The position numbers and the translations under genes were made by a program. A model generated the notes under the pieces. It did not search any database and had not been told where the DNA came from. It saw nothing but the letters and a program-made list of their open reading frames with translations. Below, piece after piece: positions 11,669-28,297 of a stretch of DNA of 64,000 nt. Location of the stretch: assembly GCA_964016885.1 (NCBI GenBank), contig OZ024740.1, forward strand, positions 227,416,001-227,480,000. Direction: 5' to 3'. Within the stretch, counting starts at the first letter, position 1. Each line of letters opens with the position of its first letter. The stretch comes from Eledone cirrhosa. Its lineage: Eukaryota.

Positions 11669-14600
11669 TATATATATATATACACATATATATATATATA
11701 TATATATTCCTATATATATCAAGTCATGTGTTACTTTTCTACATTCCATATATATATATGTATATATAGGAGGGGCATCCAGCCGTAGAAAACCTGCCAG
11801 ATAGTCCTATACGAGCGAGACATGGTCACCTGACCAATCTTGTTTCAAGTGGGACAATTCCCGTCTAACCCATGCTAGCGTGGAAGATAGATGTTAAACG
11901 ATGATGATGATGATGATGCTGATATATATATATGATGATGATGATGATGATGATATATATATATATATGCATATATATATATATACAAATGGAAGTTTAG
12001 TAAAATCGAAGTTTTGGCTGTGGCCAAGCTAATGATATACAATTAGGAATGTGCAGTAAAGCACTCAATAAGGTTGTGTCACCTTAGAGAAATAACTGTT
12101 TCTACTTTTGGCACAAGGCCAGCAATTATCCAGTGCATTACTGGTACTTTATTTTATCGACCCCGTAAGGATGAAAGGCAAAGTCAACCTCGGCGGGATT
12201 TGAACTCAGATCGTAAAGGGACGTAACTATGCTGGAAAGCATGGCGTCCGACCCTCTACCGATACTGCCAATCCACGAGAAATAACATACGTTAGATAGC
12301 GTGACAAATTGAAAACTGCGGCAGGCGAGCCTAGCCACATAATACCAAATCAACGAAAAAACCATCAGGTCAGTAAAAAAAAAATATATATATATAGAGA
12401 GAGAGGTAGAACACTGGAAGGTAGTATCTGTAGTGGTAGAGCACTCAGTCCATGGGACGAGTTTGGTAGAAGTGGTAACACAACAGTTAGTTCACCATAC
12501 CGAGAACAATTGTTTCACCTTATGCAGATCTTCAGCTCGAATTTCACTATCATGGCATTGGTCAACTCAATGCTATAATAAAAGATATTTACTCAGAGTG
12601 CCATTTGGTAGTGACAACATGGTTTGCTAAGTGAACTCCTCAACCACACAGCTATGCCTATGTTTGATTCCTTCCCATGGATCCATGCATCTTTCATGTT
12701 CCATCATAATAGTACAGTCAGTTCACAGACAAGGTGTTATCTATTTGTCAATGTAATCAATATATAGCAATTAACTAGACGGCTAGATGCACTGTTGACC
12801 TTTCTTATGTAGCACATTATAGTAACAACCCACTTTTAAACTGATCCTCAAAAATTAATTACTGGTGACTGACAGAAATATTGCTATATATTTGCTTATA
12901 GAAAAGCAAAGTGTTACATGTCAGATAATGTTTAGCACTTTGCCTTTCTTCTCACTGTAACTTATATAACTTTTCATAGTTATGTTTGGGGGAGTAATAA
13001 TGTCTATAGGCATGGTATAGCTATGTGTCTAACTACTTACACATATACAGATGTCTAACATCTGTATATGTGTAAGTAATTGTGCCTGTAGATGTGTATG
13101 TACCTATAGTGTGTGTATGTGAGTATATATTTGTGCGTGTGAGTCCACATATGTTTATACCTTCTTAACTCTTTCATTTGTTTTAAATAAAATTCCATGT
13201 TGGTGTGAATTCTTGTGTTATACTCACATACATATGCACACATACATGTACATATATACTCTCACATACATATAGATATGTGTATGTATGCTTATATATA
13301 TATATATATATATGAATGTGTATCCAACATACCCTTGTCTTCATACATGAAAATGTGATTCTCAGACTAAGAAGTTCATACTAATTAGATTTATTCAAAG
13401 ACCGCGGAAGCTAGACTGAAAGGTCAGAAATATGAAGTTACTATAATTTATTCTATTCATACCTCTAGCTCTTTCCTCAGTACTTTGTAACCCCCTATCT
13501 CAAACACAATCTTATCTCCTTCTCCCTCTGTCTGCCTCTCTTTCTCTCTCACTCTTTCACTCTCTATATACCTGCTTGTCTTTCTCTCCCCTTTTCTCTT
13601 TCTCACATATATGCATACTTTCCCAAAATATATGTCGGAAGAAGAAAAATTTCACATAAATCCTCAACAAATAATAAATTTTTGTTGATCTATTTTGCAT
13701 TTTTGATTTTTTGTTGTTTTTTTTTTGTTGTTTTTAATCTTCTTTAAAGTCTTCAGAAGATAAGTTTAAGAACAACTTTTGTATGTGATAAATCAAATCA
13801 TATATACGAAGATATGTTATATTGTAGATACATCTAATTCATGCCAGGCCAATTTTGAAGTTGATTTCACAGAGTAACTAGAATATTGGATCCTTCAGCT
13901 ATTAGTATTTTGAGTTTAAACTCTATGAACTCTATTTTGCCCAATTCTTTCAAGATTGATAAATAAAATGCACCAGTCTAGTGCTGATGCAACACTTTCT
14001 CCTTCCAGCAGTCTCATCCTGGATGTTTCATGTTGGGAGAGTATTTGTGTACTTCTTATGATTGCATGGGTACCTAAATCCCTTAGAAAAACCATGGTAC
14101 ATACTATCAACTCATATTCGATTCTGAGTGATAGTCAAAGTTTATAGTTCAGCTTAACAATGAGTGCCGATGTAGCTTTGTTTGTAAAGTCTGCAAAAGA
14201 CATGTAGGATTCTGGCAGGCTTAAACAACCATCCATTGATTTCAATTAATCAAAAGTTATGGTCAAGGGTGACGATAGCTGCACAGATAGAACTTGGTTT
14301 TGCAGCATCACAACACAGATAATTTGTTTGTGCTTTTCTCTTATCTAGGTATGATTGCATGTTTGTTCTTCTATGCGACTCTTCTGCACTTTAACAGCTT
14401 TTATCTTTAATCCCATTGTGTCACACATACTCTTTTCACCCAGTAAATAGTGGGGGAAACTATTTATCCTCCGGTCATCAAACCATGAGGTAGGTTGTAC
14501 TTGGTTATATGATACCAGTAACAGGTAGAATTTGACCTTACCTCACCAGGCCTGATCAATTTATCACTCTCAATATAAAAATATGAAATGCTTGAAACAT

Positions 14601-14950
14601 ACTTTTTATATACAGGTTATATCAAAAAGGGTATATTTCAAAAGGCTATATCTTTTTTTTTTTTAAATGACCATATAATCATGCCGTAACTTGTACAATA
14701 CTTATCTGAATATAAAGTTTTATTCTCTTTTTCTAACTTTTATAAATATTTATAATATTATTTACATATTGAGCATTTTTTTAAATTGTAAATAAAATCA
14801 CTTAATTCGTTTTTATACACACTGTATGTTCACCTTCTTCACTAGAATTACTGTATATATTCATAGATAAGTCACAATTCTTTTACAAACTTATCTACCA
14901 AACTTGCTCTTGCAACTTATCTATTGCTGTGACTTATATATAAGTATAAG

Positions 14951-15018
<68 letters not shown>

Positions 15019-15724
15019 ATATATTCTGTTTCAGCAAATAAAATTTGATTAAAAGCTTGCAATTTCTTTTTTTATTATCCTCATTTATTGAATCTATGAA
15101 TCCATATATATTTCATATTATCATATATTGTTTAGTCATAACGTATAATGAAATAAATATAGATTCATAAATTTCAATGCTGTTTATAACTTAACATAAA
15201 ATGGGGAACAGACATAAGTTTGTCTTCTCCTTCATAATGATGATTCAAATGAACCAATCAGAATAAAGATTTTGAAATGGAAATGTAATATCATGGCTTA
15301 AATAGCTTTTTCCGTTATTAAATGAAAAACAAGAAACATTTCAATATTACTTGATATATTTTTAGGGCCTCAACTTCCAGATAGCACCAGTTTTTTTTTG
15401 TTTTGTTTTAATAGGAAAATATATAAAATCCACATAATTTCTTTAGCAAATAATAAATAATGATAGAAACAATTTTAATTAATAAATTTAGCATTAAAAT
15501 ATAAATATAGAGAGTTTGAATAGATTCTATATCAAGATCTTTCCAATATGGCACTTGATGGATCATCTTATCACTGCAGGAAATGTTTTTCTTACTTTTC
15601 CATTTCTTTGTTTAATGTTTTGTTTTTGGTTCTTTTCTTATGTGTTTTCAATTGTTTTTAATGTTGTTGTTGATGTTATGTAATATTTTTTTAGTTTAGT
15701 ATTTTTAACTGATATCTTCATAAT

Positions 15725-16470
15725 ACACAGACATACACACACATACACACACATACATACACACATACATACACACATGCACACACACATATACACACAT
15801 ACATACACACATGCACACACATATACACACATACATACACACATGCACACACACACACACACATACACATGCACACATACATACACACATGCACACACAC
15901 ACACACACATACACATGCACACATACATACACACATGCACACACACATATACACACATACATACACACATGCACACACATATACACACATACATACACAC
16001 ATGCACACACACACACATACACATGCACACATACATACACACATGCACACACACATATACACACATACATACACACATGCACACACATATACACACATAC
16101 ATACACACATGCACACACACACACACACATACACATGCACACATACATACACACATGCACACACACACACATACACACGCACACATACATACACACATGC
16201 ACACACACATATACACACATACATACACACATGCACACACATATACACACATACATACACACATGCACACACACACACACACACATACACATGCACACAT
16301 ACATACACACATGCACACACACACACACACACATACATACTCACAGATGCACGCATACATGCATACACATGCACACACACACACACACACATACTCACAC
16401 ATGCACACACACATGCATACACACACATACGCATACACACGCATATATACACACACACACAAATGTGTGA
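15725..16470. repeat. Compound (CA)n/CATA/CATG micro-/minisatellite
   Basis: Repeated ACACACATGCACACACATATACACACATACAT blocks. Confidence 0.95.
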
Positions 16471-17416
16471 TATAAATAGATAGATAAATAGATTTCATCT
16501 TTTAAAAATACTTTGGTTAGAGGTATGCTTCTTTGCAAACAAGTGTCAACCAGTCAGTTAAATAGTGGATCAAGTAGCAGTTATGAGTAGCAGTCAAAAT
16601 CTTTACAGGCGGCAGTAAATGTATAAATGATTCTACTTGGATATACTTGACTATTGTAGCCTGGTAACTTAGTTATGTCACTATCTCTCAATATCTGTGT
16701 CTCATGTCTCAGTCTGTTTATATCTCTATCTAACCATTTATCAATCTATCTATCAATATATCAATTTATCTCTCAATCTATCTCTCCTATCTAATAACAC
16801 TATCGACAAAGAAATATTTTGATAAACTTCCTCAGCTGGAAAATTACCCGATAAGGAAATATATTTATAACTAATCTGACAGATTGACATTTCATTCAAG
16901 AGAGAGAAAGAGAGCGAGATCGAGTTTCTTTTACTTTCTGACTCAATACTAGTGTGTTAATGTTTTGCCATTTGTTTTTTATGCTTTTCTCTTTTGTTGT
17001 TGTTTTTACATCTGATTGTATTTTGTTGTGTTTTTGTTTTTGTTTTTTGTTGTTGTTTTTTGTTTTGTTTTTTGTTTTTTTTGTTTTTTGCAGAGGTCTT
17101 TCCCTTTCAAGATTTTGCTTGCTTTTTTATTACTTTTATCTTTGGTATTTCTTATAAGACAGCGTAAGTTACGCGATCAATAGTTCCTTCCTCTTTCATT
17201 CCCATTTCAATTAAAACATAAATCTATTTGTTTTTCCTACTCTACAACATGCAAATGTAGAGTTGGACATTAGTTCAAAAATTGACATTATATATTCATG
17301 AACTGCTCAAAAGATTGATGCTGCCTATATGAAGAATTTTAATAAATACTTCTACTTCTTCTTCTTCTTCTTCTTCTTCGTCTTCGTCTTCTTCTTCTTC
17401 TTCTCCTCCTCCTAAA

Positions 17417-17448
<32 letters not shown>

Positions 17449-17553
17449 CTTCTTCTCTTCCTCCTCCTCCTCCTCCTCATCATCATCATCATCATCATCA
17501 TCTTCATCATCTTCATCGTTGTCTTTGTCTTCATCTTCTTTGCTAACTTATTC

Positions 17554-17730
17554 CTAAGAGGGTTGTAGGGGCAGAGTCCTCAAACACTCATTCCTGTAGG
17601 TCCTGTCAGAAGCAATCATTTCCAACTGATTTGGCTGGATCCCCAAGTGAGAGCAACCAAGCTCATGGATGTTATCAAACCATCTTGCTCGAGGTCTACC
17701 TTTGGGTCTCCTGCGAGTTGGTTTTGCCCA
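17554..17730 (-). mobile_element. LINE 3' end fragment (RTE-like) next to a (TTC/TCA)n tract
   Basis: Translation AKPTRRRPKGRPRARWFDNI..IASDR resembles the GRP..W C-terminus of RTE/L2-type ORF2. Confidence 0.65.
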
Positions 17731-19680
17731 ACAATAAATACACAAATGAAAATTCTACAAAATAATCTTCCCCATAGCAACTCCATATATTTATATATAT
17801 ATATATAATAGAAATGTTGGGCTACTATTAAGTAAGCTAATTAAATTTTATTTTCCAGTTTGGAAATTATCTATGCTTCATCTTAATTAAGTAATTTATT
17901 TTATTACTTATTGTTGTAGAAATTTACTACCATCTACCATTAAAGCCATTAGAGAAAGATACAATACTGGGAAAGAATAATTTAGTTTTTCATTGTACAA
18001 GAAATAACCTGAAACATTTGTCAAAACCTACAGAACCAAAAGTCTTGTGAAAACTGTTGGAGTCTAACATTGGGTCTTATATATGGTACTTGAAATTCTA
18101 GGTATCACCCTAAACATTAAATTGTTATAAGCTAAATACATGTCTATCATCAGTAATAAAGCTGTACAGTAGACTGGGATATTATGTAGGGAAGAAAACA
18201 AGCTGGACAAAGCATTAAGTTAGCATTATGTTAACAAGGTAACAACAAATTTACCAGGGAACAGAATGGCTTTGTACAATACAGAAAATGTATTAAAAAT
18301 ACATCGTTATATCTACATAGGACTGGAATGAAATGTTTATATGATTCAATATCCTGGTTTTTAGAATAGATGTGTCATACACCTAAAAGGACAGGCATCA
18401 GAAAGAATATCTGGCCATAAAACATTGGAACATTATGTAGAGAATTAAACAAACTGGACACAGCTGTAAACATTGTCATGAACTGTGCCTTAAACAGATA
18501 ATCCAGTGAGAGTACATATTTGTGGTCAATTGACCTGGTAGAAATAGCAGCCAAACCTTCCTCAAATCACATCCTCAAATATAGAAACAAACCATTGATA
18601 AGATAATCATAGACATCCCTAAAAGTATGGAATAAAATACCTTTTATCATACATTTGTCTGTTCGATCAAGGCTGACCTGAGGTTAAACAATAACAACAA
18701 CAACAACCTTATCAATAATCCCAACACATCAAGTCATAAAGCACTTGTGAAAGGTGGCTTCACTGAGAAGTTCAAACAGCATCTGTCTGTCTGAAATTTT
18801 ACCAAATAACATAAACCAAACAACATGATCGATAACCAAATTTTTATTCAAATCGTAATGACAATAATAATGGTTACAAACATTGGCAGCAGACCAAACA
18901 TCTTTAAAGTCATCTTCAGTTTCTTCAGTACTTGACTGGTGCATTCATTGATCTCAGAAGGATGAAAGGCAAAGTCAACCTCAGAAAGATGTGAACAACA
19001 AGAAGAACAATATTAATTGTTTCTACTTTTGGCACAAGGCCAGCAATTATCCAGTACATTACTGGTACTTTATTTTATCGACCCCCGTAAGGATGAAAGG
19101 CAAAGTTAACCTCGGCGGGATTTGAACTCAGAATGGCAAGGGCCGTAACACTATGCTGCAAAGCATGGCGTCCGACCCTCTACCGATACTGCCAATCCAA
19201 TAATGATTTCTATCTCTTTTCTAACTCTTTTGATATCAACTGGCCTGGAACTGCCCTTAGTTCTAGGGCGTTCCTTTTTAAGTATTTGTATTTATCTAAA
19301 ACCTTCCATTATAATTTCAAATAGGAACCTTTGTTAAGTTTTGTTCCAAACACCAGCTTAATAACATTCATCATGTTCTCAGTCCTTGGGGTGCTACTCT
19401 AGACACTTTCACAGTCAGTCATCACCACTGGTCTCTACTCTCCATCGTGTGTAGAAGGGTCTTAGTGTTGAGACCAGTCAACTCTTTGATGTTGTCAGAC
19501 AAGGATTTCTTCTTTGCTCTTCCTCAGAGATTATATTATTTAATAAGTTATATCACTAAATCCCTTAAATTCTTGATTATTTTCAAAATGATTTGAACTC
19601 AAAATGAAAAGAAACAATATTTGTGTATATGTATAACATATATGTATAACATGTATGTATATATATATATATATGTGTGT

Positions 19681-19766
<86 letters not shown>

Positions 19767-20240
19767 TGCGTATGTGTGTGTGTATGTATATATACAGTCC
19801 ATACTGTAAGGTGGTCGTGCTGGGGACACAAGAAAAATGCTGAGTTCATCCAATAAGGTGGTCATTTGATTCCATGATAAAAAGCACCCAGTCTACAGTG
19901 TTACATGGCAGGTATTAGGAGGTGCATTCAGCCATAGAAACCAACCAACCCAAAATACAGATTTATATAAGCATGACATGATCTCTAGACCTGAGTTGTC
20001 TCACAACCCGACAACTCATCGGACTCATGCAACCATGGAAAGTAGATGTTAAACAATGAAAATGATGATATGTATATAAAAATATTTGAAGCATCATTTC
20101 ATGTAAATCACGTGTGTTGCATGAGCATGGCCATTTTCTTCTCTTTCATTGCAGCATATTCAGAAAGGAATCTAAGTCCTTGGCAAGCCTAAAAATTCAT
20201 TTTTGTGCCACACATATATGAGAAAAAAAAAACAAGGCAT

Positions 20241-20564
20241 CTATCTATCTAATTAAGGCGGGTAAAATTCCTTAGATCCATGGACGAGTTCTCTCCAGCG
20301 GTCTCTGTCCCTCATTAACGCTGCCATGTCCTGCGTCTCCAACAGACCAGTGTCTGTCCTTAGGGCATCAACATACGTTAACCTTGGTCTTCCTCTTCTA
20401 GTGTGTCCATGTAGCGGTTCCCAAAGGAGCACTGAGTGCTATGTCAACTCTGGATGTCGGTGAGCATGTCCAGCTAACCTCAGTCTCCTCTGTGTCACTT
20501 TTGAGCTGACTTTTGGGAGGCTCCCATACAGCTCTGAGTTTTTCATCCTCAGTGTATACTGATT
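20241..20564 (-). mobile_element. LINE 3' fragment with (GATA)n tail and 14-bp target-site duplication
   Basis: Minus strand reads LYGSLPKVSSKVTQRRLRLAGHAHRH..LLWEPLHGHTRRGRPRLTYVD; AAAAAACAAGGCAT at 20227-20240 and 20565-20578. Confidence 0.85.
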
Positions 20565-20832
20565 AAAAAACAAGGCATAACAATTCTCAAAAACGAGATG
20601 CAGCCATTCTTTATATATTTGTGAGTGTGTGTGTATGTGTATGGATATATGTGTGTATCATCATCATCATTTTTACGTCCATTTTTCCTTGTTTGCATGG
20701 GTTGGACAGGTCCATCTCGGCACAACATTTCGCCACTCGCCACCTTCTTTCTTCATCTGCTCTCTAAGTCTCATATTTATACATTTGTGTACCTAGGAAA
20801 GTATTATACATATATATATATATATATATATA

Positions 20833-21138
<306 letters not shown>

Positions 21139-21412
21139 ATATATTCAAGGGCGGTGCCCCAGCATGGCCTCAGCTGGATGGCTGGAACAGGTAAAAGAGT
21201 AAAAGAGTATATATGATGAAGATGTGGTCACATGACATGATGTGTCTAGTAATGTGACAATCTGTCTAACCCACCAAATCATGGAAAAATAGACATTAAA
21301 TGATGATAATGATGATATATACAATATACATTTCATATATATATATATATATTATACAATATATATACACATATTCAATATACATATATATACTATACAT
21401 ATATATATATAA

Positions 21413-21465
<53 letters not shown>

Positions 21466-21699
21466 CATACACATACACACACACACATATATATATATAT
21501 ATGTATCATCATCATCATCATTTTACATCTGCTTTTCCCTGCTTGCAAGGGTGGGACAGGAACTGATTCTGGCTTGATTTCTACAGCTGGATGCCCTTCC
21601 TAACACCAACCTCATTTACAGTGAGTGCTGGGTGCTTTTTTGCCATGGCACCTCCACGACCACTTTGCAGTGGAATGATAGGGACCCCAGTCCCTATCA

Positions 21700-21842
21700 T
21701 CTCATTTCTACAGCTGAGTGAACTGGAGCAATGTGAAATAAAGTGTCTTGCTCAAGGAAACAACACATCACCCGGTCTGAGAATTGAACTCACAACCTTT
21801 CGATTGCAAGGCCAATGCTCTAACCACTAAGCCATGTGCCTC
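21700..21842 (-). mobile_element. tRNA-derived CORE-like SINE
   Basis: Minus strand TGGCTTAGTGGTTAGAGC..GAGTTCAATTC..TTTCCTTGAGCAAGACACTTTATTTCACATTGCTCCAG. Confidence 0.85.
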
Positions 21843-21954
21843 CATTATATATATATAAAGTCTGCAGTGCCGAGACTTAGGAGACCACAAATCAGGGTAG
21901 TACTCTTTGCATGGGAAGAAGCAGAGTGGGTTTATACCTTCCATTTTATATACA

Positions 21955-21989
<35 letters not shown>

Positions 21990-22369
21990 TGTTTACATAC
22001 AGACATCCAATACATACATAGTCTACATACATGCAAGCATTCAATCCAGATTTTGCCAACAGCATAAATATAACATTTATTCCACAATCTTGCAATGGTT
22101 ATTTGCAGCCCAGATTAGCGATTATCTGCTCATAATTTACAAGTGCTTCCAAATACTGTTGAATTCCTATTTAGGTTGGAGTTTGATGATAACAAATGGA
22201 AATCTTATTTATTTATAGCTTACAGATAATGCAAAGAATCCCTTCATTTTTCTTTTTTGTTTGTTTTTGGTGTCGTTTTTGTATAGTTATGTTATGTTTT
22301 TTTCTGCAACACAATGCTACACTCACTTTCCGTAATTTTCCTGCAACTACATGTATATAAATATGTACA

Positions 22370-22436
<67 letters not shown>

Positions 22437-22506
22437 TTAACTGTATTCCACACAGACATCAATATACATATATTATATACATATTTCACTGCCTCTCTCT
22501 CTCATG

Positions 22507-22581
<75 letters not shown>

Positions 22582-22724
22582 TTGTGTGTGTCTGTGTGTG
22601 TCTGTGTGTGCATGTATGTGTGTGTGCGTGTATGTATTGGATGAGAGAGAGAGATGAAGAGATAGAGAAAAGCCATATAGTCATGTTTATCTGATATAAA
22701 GAGATTTATAGTTGATATTTGGAC

Positions 22725-22765
<41 letters not shown>

Positions 22766-22834
22766 TGACAAGGTACTTAAGAAGTGTTAGAAAAATATAT
22801 TTGAAATCAGTGTGTTCCAACACAAATAACCTTA

Positions 22835-23365
22835 ATAATTGTTTCAACTTTAGAGAAAGGGCCAACAATTTGAAGGGGAGGGGAAATTCAATTAAATGAA
22901 CCCCAGTGTATAACTGGTGCTTTAGTTTATCAATCCTGTAAGGATGAAAGACAAAGCTAATCTTTGCTGGATTTGAACTCAGAACATAAAGGGCTGTAAC
23001 TATATGACACAAAGCATGTTATCCAATGATCTACCAATACTACCCACCCACCACCCTAATAATTGTTTCTACTATTGGCACAACGCCAGCAATTATCCCA
23101 GTGTATTACTGGTACTTTATTTTATCAACCACATGAGGATGAAAGGCAAAGTTAACCTCAGTGGGATTTGAACCACCCTAATAATTGTTTCTACGTTTGG
23201 CACAAGGCCAACAATTACCCAGTGTATTACTGGTACTTTATTTTATCGACCCCTGTGAGGATGAAAGGCAAAGTTAACCTCGGTGGGATTCGAACTCAGA
23301 ATGGAAAGGGCCGTAACTCTTCGCGTCAAAGCATGGCGTCCGACCCCCTACCAATCCACCGCCTA
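22835..23365 (-). mobile_element. Cluster of three tandem Meta-like SINE copies
   Basis: Three successive TAATTGTTTC..GGCCARCAATT..GGATGAAAGRCAAAG blocks. Confidence 0.85.
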
Positions 23366-25941
23366 GTAGATCACTATATATAGTAGTTGAGAAAATGAAG
23401 TAAAGTACTTGTGGAGACAAAAGAAGTTGATACATGTCTGTGTTTGTGCATGAACATACAAATGTGTAAAAACAGATATATTATCTATCCTGTGTTCATG
23501 TAGTTATTTTTTGTCAACTGGTCAAGCTTGTATATACATTAATCATTATCAACATGAAATAAGCCAGAAAGAATTCATGGATATAGTGTGCTACTTAAAA
23601 TTTTCATCAGATAGATTGCATAGAAATATCTAGTGGACAATAGATTCTAAAGAATTGTCAGGCCAGGTAATATCTCATCATTTAAATATACCTGACAACT
23701 GTAATTTTGGACATGTTTTTGTCCTGTACATGGGCAATGTAGTGAAAGGATGGTAACTCACTTTCATTTTTCTTAGTTGTATCTTTTGAGTTGCAAGACT
23801 ATATTTTTACAATATATATATTGTCATGTGCTTAGACAGGAAGAGAGGCAACTCATTTTTATTGTATTGTTTTTAGGTGTTTCTTTTGAAATGCAATACA
23901 ATATTTTTACAATATATAATTAGAAGCAGGGCTAATATTTTTTCAATGAATATACTCGTTCCAATTTTGTTCTAATTAATATGAGTTATCCAGAAATCAA
24001 GTAGATAAGGGTTTTCATTTCATATGTGAGCAATTGATATTGGAAGGTTAATTAGATATTACAGTTCCACCCTTTTAGCAAGTATCTTCTTAATAGGTTA
24101 CTTATCTAAAAAGAAAATCTTCAGAATTATCTATTTCATCTGGCTCCATATATCTAATTTTATGGTGGTATAGGTTTCTAGAACATTAGTGTCTACTTGT
24201 AAAAATGTCAGCATCTTTCCAACGACTCAGAACACTTAATTCTGTGAAGTGTTATGCTGTTCAGAATGATAGCGTTTTATGCCATGCACAACTGACACTG
24301 TTCTATGCCATTGATATATGAACAGCAATATTCTTGGGTCTGCCACTCAATGTTATTTTCCTTTAGTTACTAAACATATTTGGATAATATTGTTGATGAA
24401 CTTGATGAACTATCTTAAGGAAGCAATGTGTTTTCATATATTTGCTTAAATCGTGTATCCACCATCCCAGTATAGTTTTTGGTGTCAATCGTTCTACTCT
24501 TATGTTTGGAGTAAAATTTCGCTTTGTATATCACTGATATACAAACATTGTATTACAATATTGTGTTACAACATTCACTGATTAAGCAATCTTCTTTGTT
24601 TGTACATTTGAAATTATCATGCATTGCTGTTTTTTTGTTTGTGTGTTGTTATAGTTCTCATGTTTGGAGAGCTGCTATCGATCACTTTTAAGTAGCTACC
24701 TCTATTGAAGGTACTTCTATAACAGTGCTACCTGAAACAGCATGACAAAGTTGGCTCTTTTGATTATAAATATAATCTACCAAACTAGCTTCTACACAGC
24801 TTTCATCTCTCCAATTCTGCTCATAATATTTGAATTGACAGGAAGTTATGATAAAAGACATTTTCCCATGATCTCACACAGTGAGATTGAACCCAGATCT
24901 CCATGCACACACATTTATATATATATATATTTATATATATATATACAGAGAGAGAGAGAGAGAGGAAGTCTGCAAGGCTGAGACCAAGGAGACCACTAAT
25001 TATGGGAGCACTCAATGGGGAGATGCAGAGTGGGTATAGAGATATGTAAAATCCCAACCACAGTGCCAAGCAGTTTTGGCTTCGACACCTCCCAAAACTG
25101 CTTGTCGCTGCAGTCAGAATTTTACATTTCTATCTATTTCTCTCTCTTTATCTCTCTTTCTCTCTCTCTATATATATATATATTTATATACATACACAGA
25201 CATACTTATATGAACATCTACATCCATATACATATATATATATATATATACACACAACCATATACATTTATGTAAATCCATACATATGAACATACAGAAA
25301 TATACGTAGACACAGACACACACACATAAATACATATGTATACACATGCACACATTAATATACATACATTTACTCACAGGCATGTACACACACATTATGT
25401 ATGTGTGTATGTATGTACATATGCACGCATACATACAAACACAAACATACACATGCGGTCCAAGAATAAAAGTGCAAAAACTGAATGAAGTCATGTCTCC
25501 ATGTCTCTATTTCTCAGCACCACACAGCAAGTTCTTCTGTGAGTGTTCTTCTGCAAGAATAAAATGTCTTAACTTGTACTGCCTCAAACCTTCTGCAGTA
25601 TTAATTCCTCATAACTTACTTGCCAGAAGCCGTCAGCAACTCTTCCTTTATGTCTACAGCACATTGAGTTGTTGTTTTTTTCCTTCCTTTCTTAGAGAGC
25701 TTCAATAATTTATATCTACTTGAAAAGCATTTTACAACCTTATATTTTACTGGGACACAGAGTTATGGGAGTGAGGGGGGAAGTGAGCGTATTACCTTTT
25801 TTATATATCCTTATATTAAATGTTATTTTCGATTTAGGTTTTTTTCCTAATAATGTGCATGTGTGGGGGTGCACTGTATTTGTGACTTAAGCATTGCATT
25901 TTTCAAAAATCACGTTTACTCTCTCACTTGTGATATACATC

Positions 25942-25995
<54 letters not shown>

Positions 25996-26095
25996 CACAC
26001 ATACACACACATATATATATATATATATTTGTATATGTGTATTACATACGCATACATATATATGCATGCTCACACAGACACACACACACACATAT

Positions 26096-26132
<37 letters not shown>

Positions 26133-26260
26133 TTCACACACACACACATATATATATATACATATAACATTTTTTCTATCTCTCTATCCTAAATTTTCTC
26201 ACTGTCTGTATTTTATCTCACTCTTTACTTAACTTTCTACTCCATAATCTTGTATAATTA

Positions 26261-26310
<50 letters not shown>

Positions 26311-26333
26311 TATATATATACATATATATATAC

Positions 26334-26429
<96 letters not shown>

Positions 26430-26646
26430 ATATGTATATATATATATATATTATGGAATACTGTTAGCTTCTCACTACAACAATTTCTATACTTTTCATT
26501 TATATATATATATATATTTATATATTTATATATTTATATATATATATTTATGTGTATATATACACGTACATATATATTTATAAATATATATATATATTTA
26601 TAAATATATATATATATTTATATATATATATATACACATATATATT

Positions 26647-26704
<58 letters not shown>

Positions 26705-26925
26705 TATATATATATATATATATATGCGTGTGTGCATGTGTGTGTAAATAAATATATATATCCCATAATTCTCGATTTTCTCGTCTTCCCTTTCCTGCTA
26801 CATTTTCTTTTCACACATTTTCACATATATATATTTCTTATTTTTCCACCATTTCTTTTTGTTGCAATGCATTCTGCCAACCTCTCCTCTACCTATCTCT
26901 CACTACCTGCAAATATTTCTCTCTA

Positions 26926-26960
<35 letters not shown>

Positions 26961-27029
26961 CTTCTTTTTTTTTACCATATTCTACACATACATAAAGCAA
27001 AGATGATATATACATTATGCATACATATA

Positions 27030-27106
<77 letters not shown>

Positions 27107-27224
27107 AGAGATTGATAGATATACACATATATAAACATATATATATATACACATATAAAAACACATATATATATATATAGAGAGAGAGGGTCATATTTGT
27201 ATATATATATAAATATATATATAC

Positions 27225-27259
<35 letters not shown>

Positions 27260-27288
27260 CATATTTGTATATATATAAATGTATATAC

Positions 27289-27319
<31 letters not shown>

Positions 27320-28071
27320 CATATTTGTATATATATATATATATATTTATATGTGAGGGTTGGGGGCAGATTTGGACTAACTTTCTACACCTATTTTTCT
27401 CTCTATCTATCAAGTTAATTTCTTCTGCTAACTTCTGGTGAAATATTACTTTGCATTGGCAAAGAAGTCACTTGGGTATCATAGCAATATAACACTTGTG
27501 CTTAACACTTGACTACCAGAATTGCAGCTGTCAGAGAAAAATATATTATAAAAATCATAGCAAAATGTGATTCATTTCTGTAGAGTAAGAGTTGTTTCTC
27601 TTCTGCTTTTCCTTTCTTTCCTACTAAATTTTCTGAACACTCCAAGACATCTTCCACATTTTTAGTTTAAAGATTTTAAAATGAAAACCAAATAAATAAT
27701 TTTAAAATGTACAATACAAAAGAAAAAAGAAATATAGTTTTTCAACTGCAAGTAGTAGTAGGCAAATAAGTTAAAAAATTTGTCCGAAATAGAAGTGACT
27801 AGGGAGGGGAGATAAATATAATGTTACAAAAAATAGAGAAATCAGAAGATATCTTTGCTTCTCAAATGCCCTTAAAAGTAAACAAAATTATAGTAAAACC
27901 TTGAACTGGAAAAAATAGATACTTTTTCCCTTCTTTTCCTCCTCTTGTTTCTCCTAAAATCACTAGTAGCTACTTCATTTCAGCTGTTTTTTTAGTTATA
28001 AACAATTTTGCTATATTTTATTAATGGCTGACTTGTCAGGTAGAGATTATCTCCCTTAGGTGTCTTTGTAA

Positions 28072-28297
28072 AAAGCGTCCAGTTCACATGTAGGTGTTAC
28101 GACAAAAAGTGCCCAGTCCACACTGTAATGTGGTCGTGTAGGTGTCACCAGAAAATGCACTCAGTTCACACTGTAAAGTGGTCATGTAGGTGTCACAACA
28201 AAAAGCACCCAGTACACACTGTAAAGTGGTCGTGTAGGTGTCAACAAAATGCACCCAGCCCACACTGTAAAGTGGTAGTGTAGGTGTCACGACAAAA
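28072..28297 (+). repeat. Five tandem 44-45-bp units (RTE 3' UTR-derived)
   Basis: Unit AAAAGCACCCAGTCCACACTGTAAAGTGGTCGTGTAGGTGTCACGAC, same as at 2.5-2.9 kb and 9.45 kb. Confidence 0.85.

Noticed and set aside
15638-16498. Cys/Val- and His/Thr-rich ORFs in all frames
   Set aside because: (CA)n-type satellite; the same applies to the many YIYI, poly-Thr and poly-His ORFs elsewhere.
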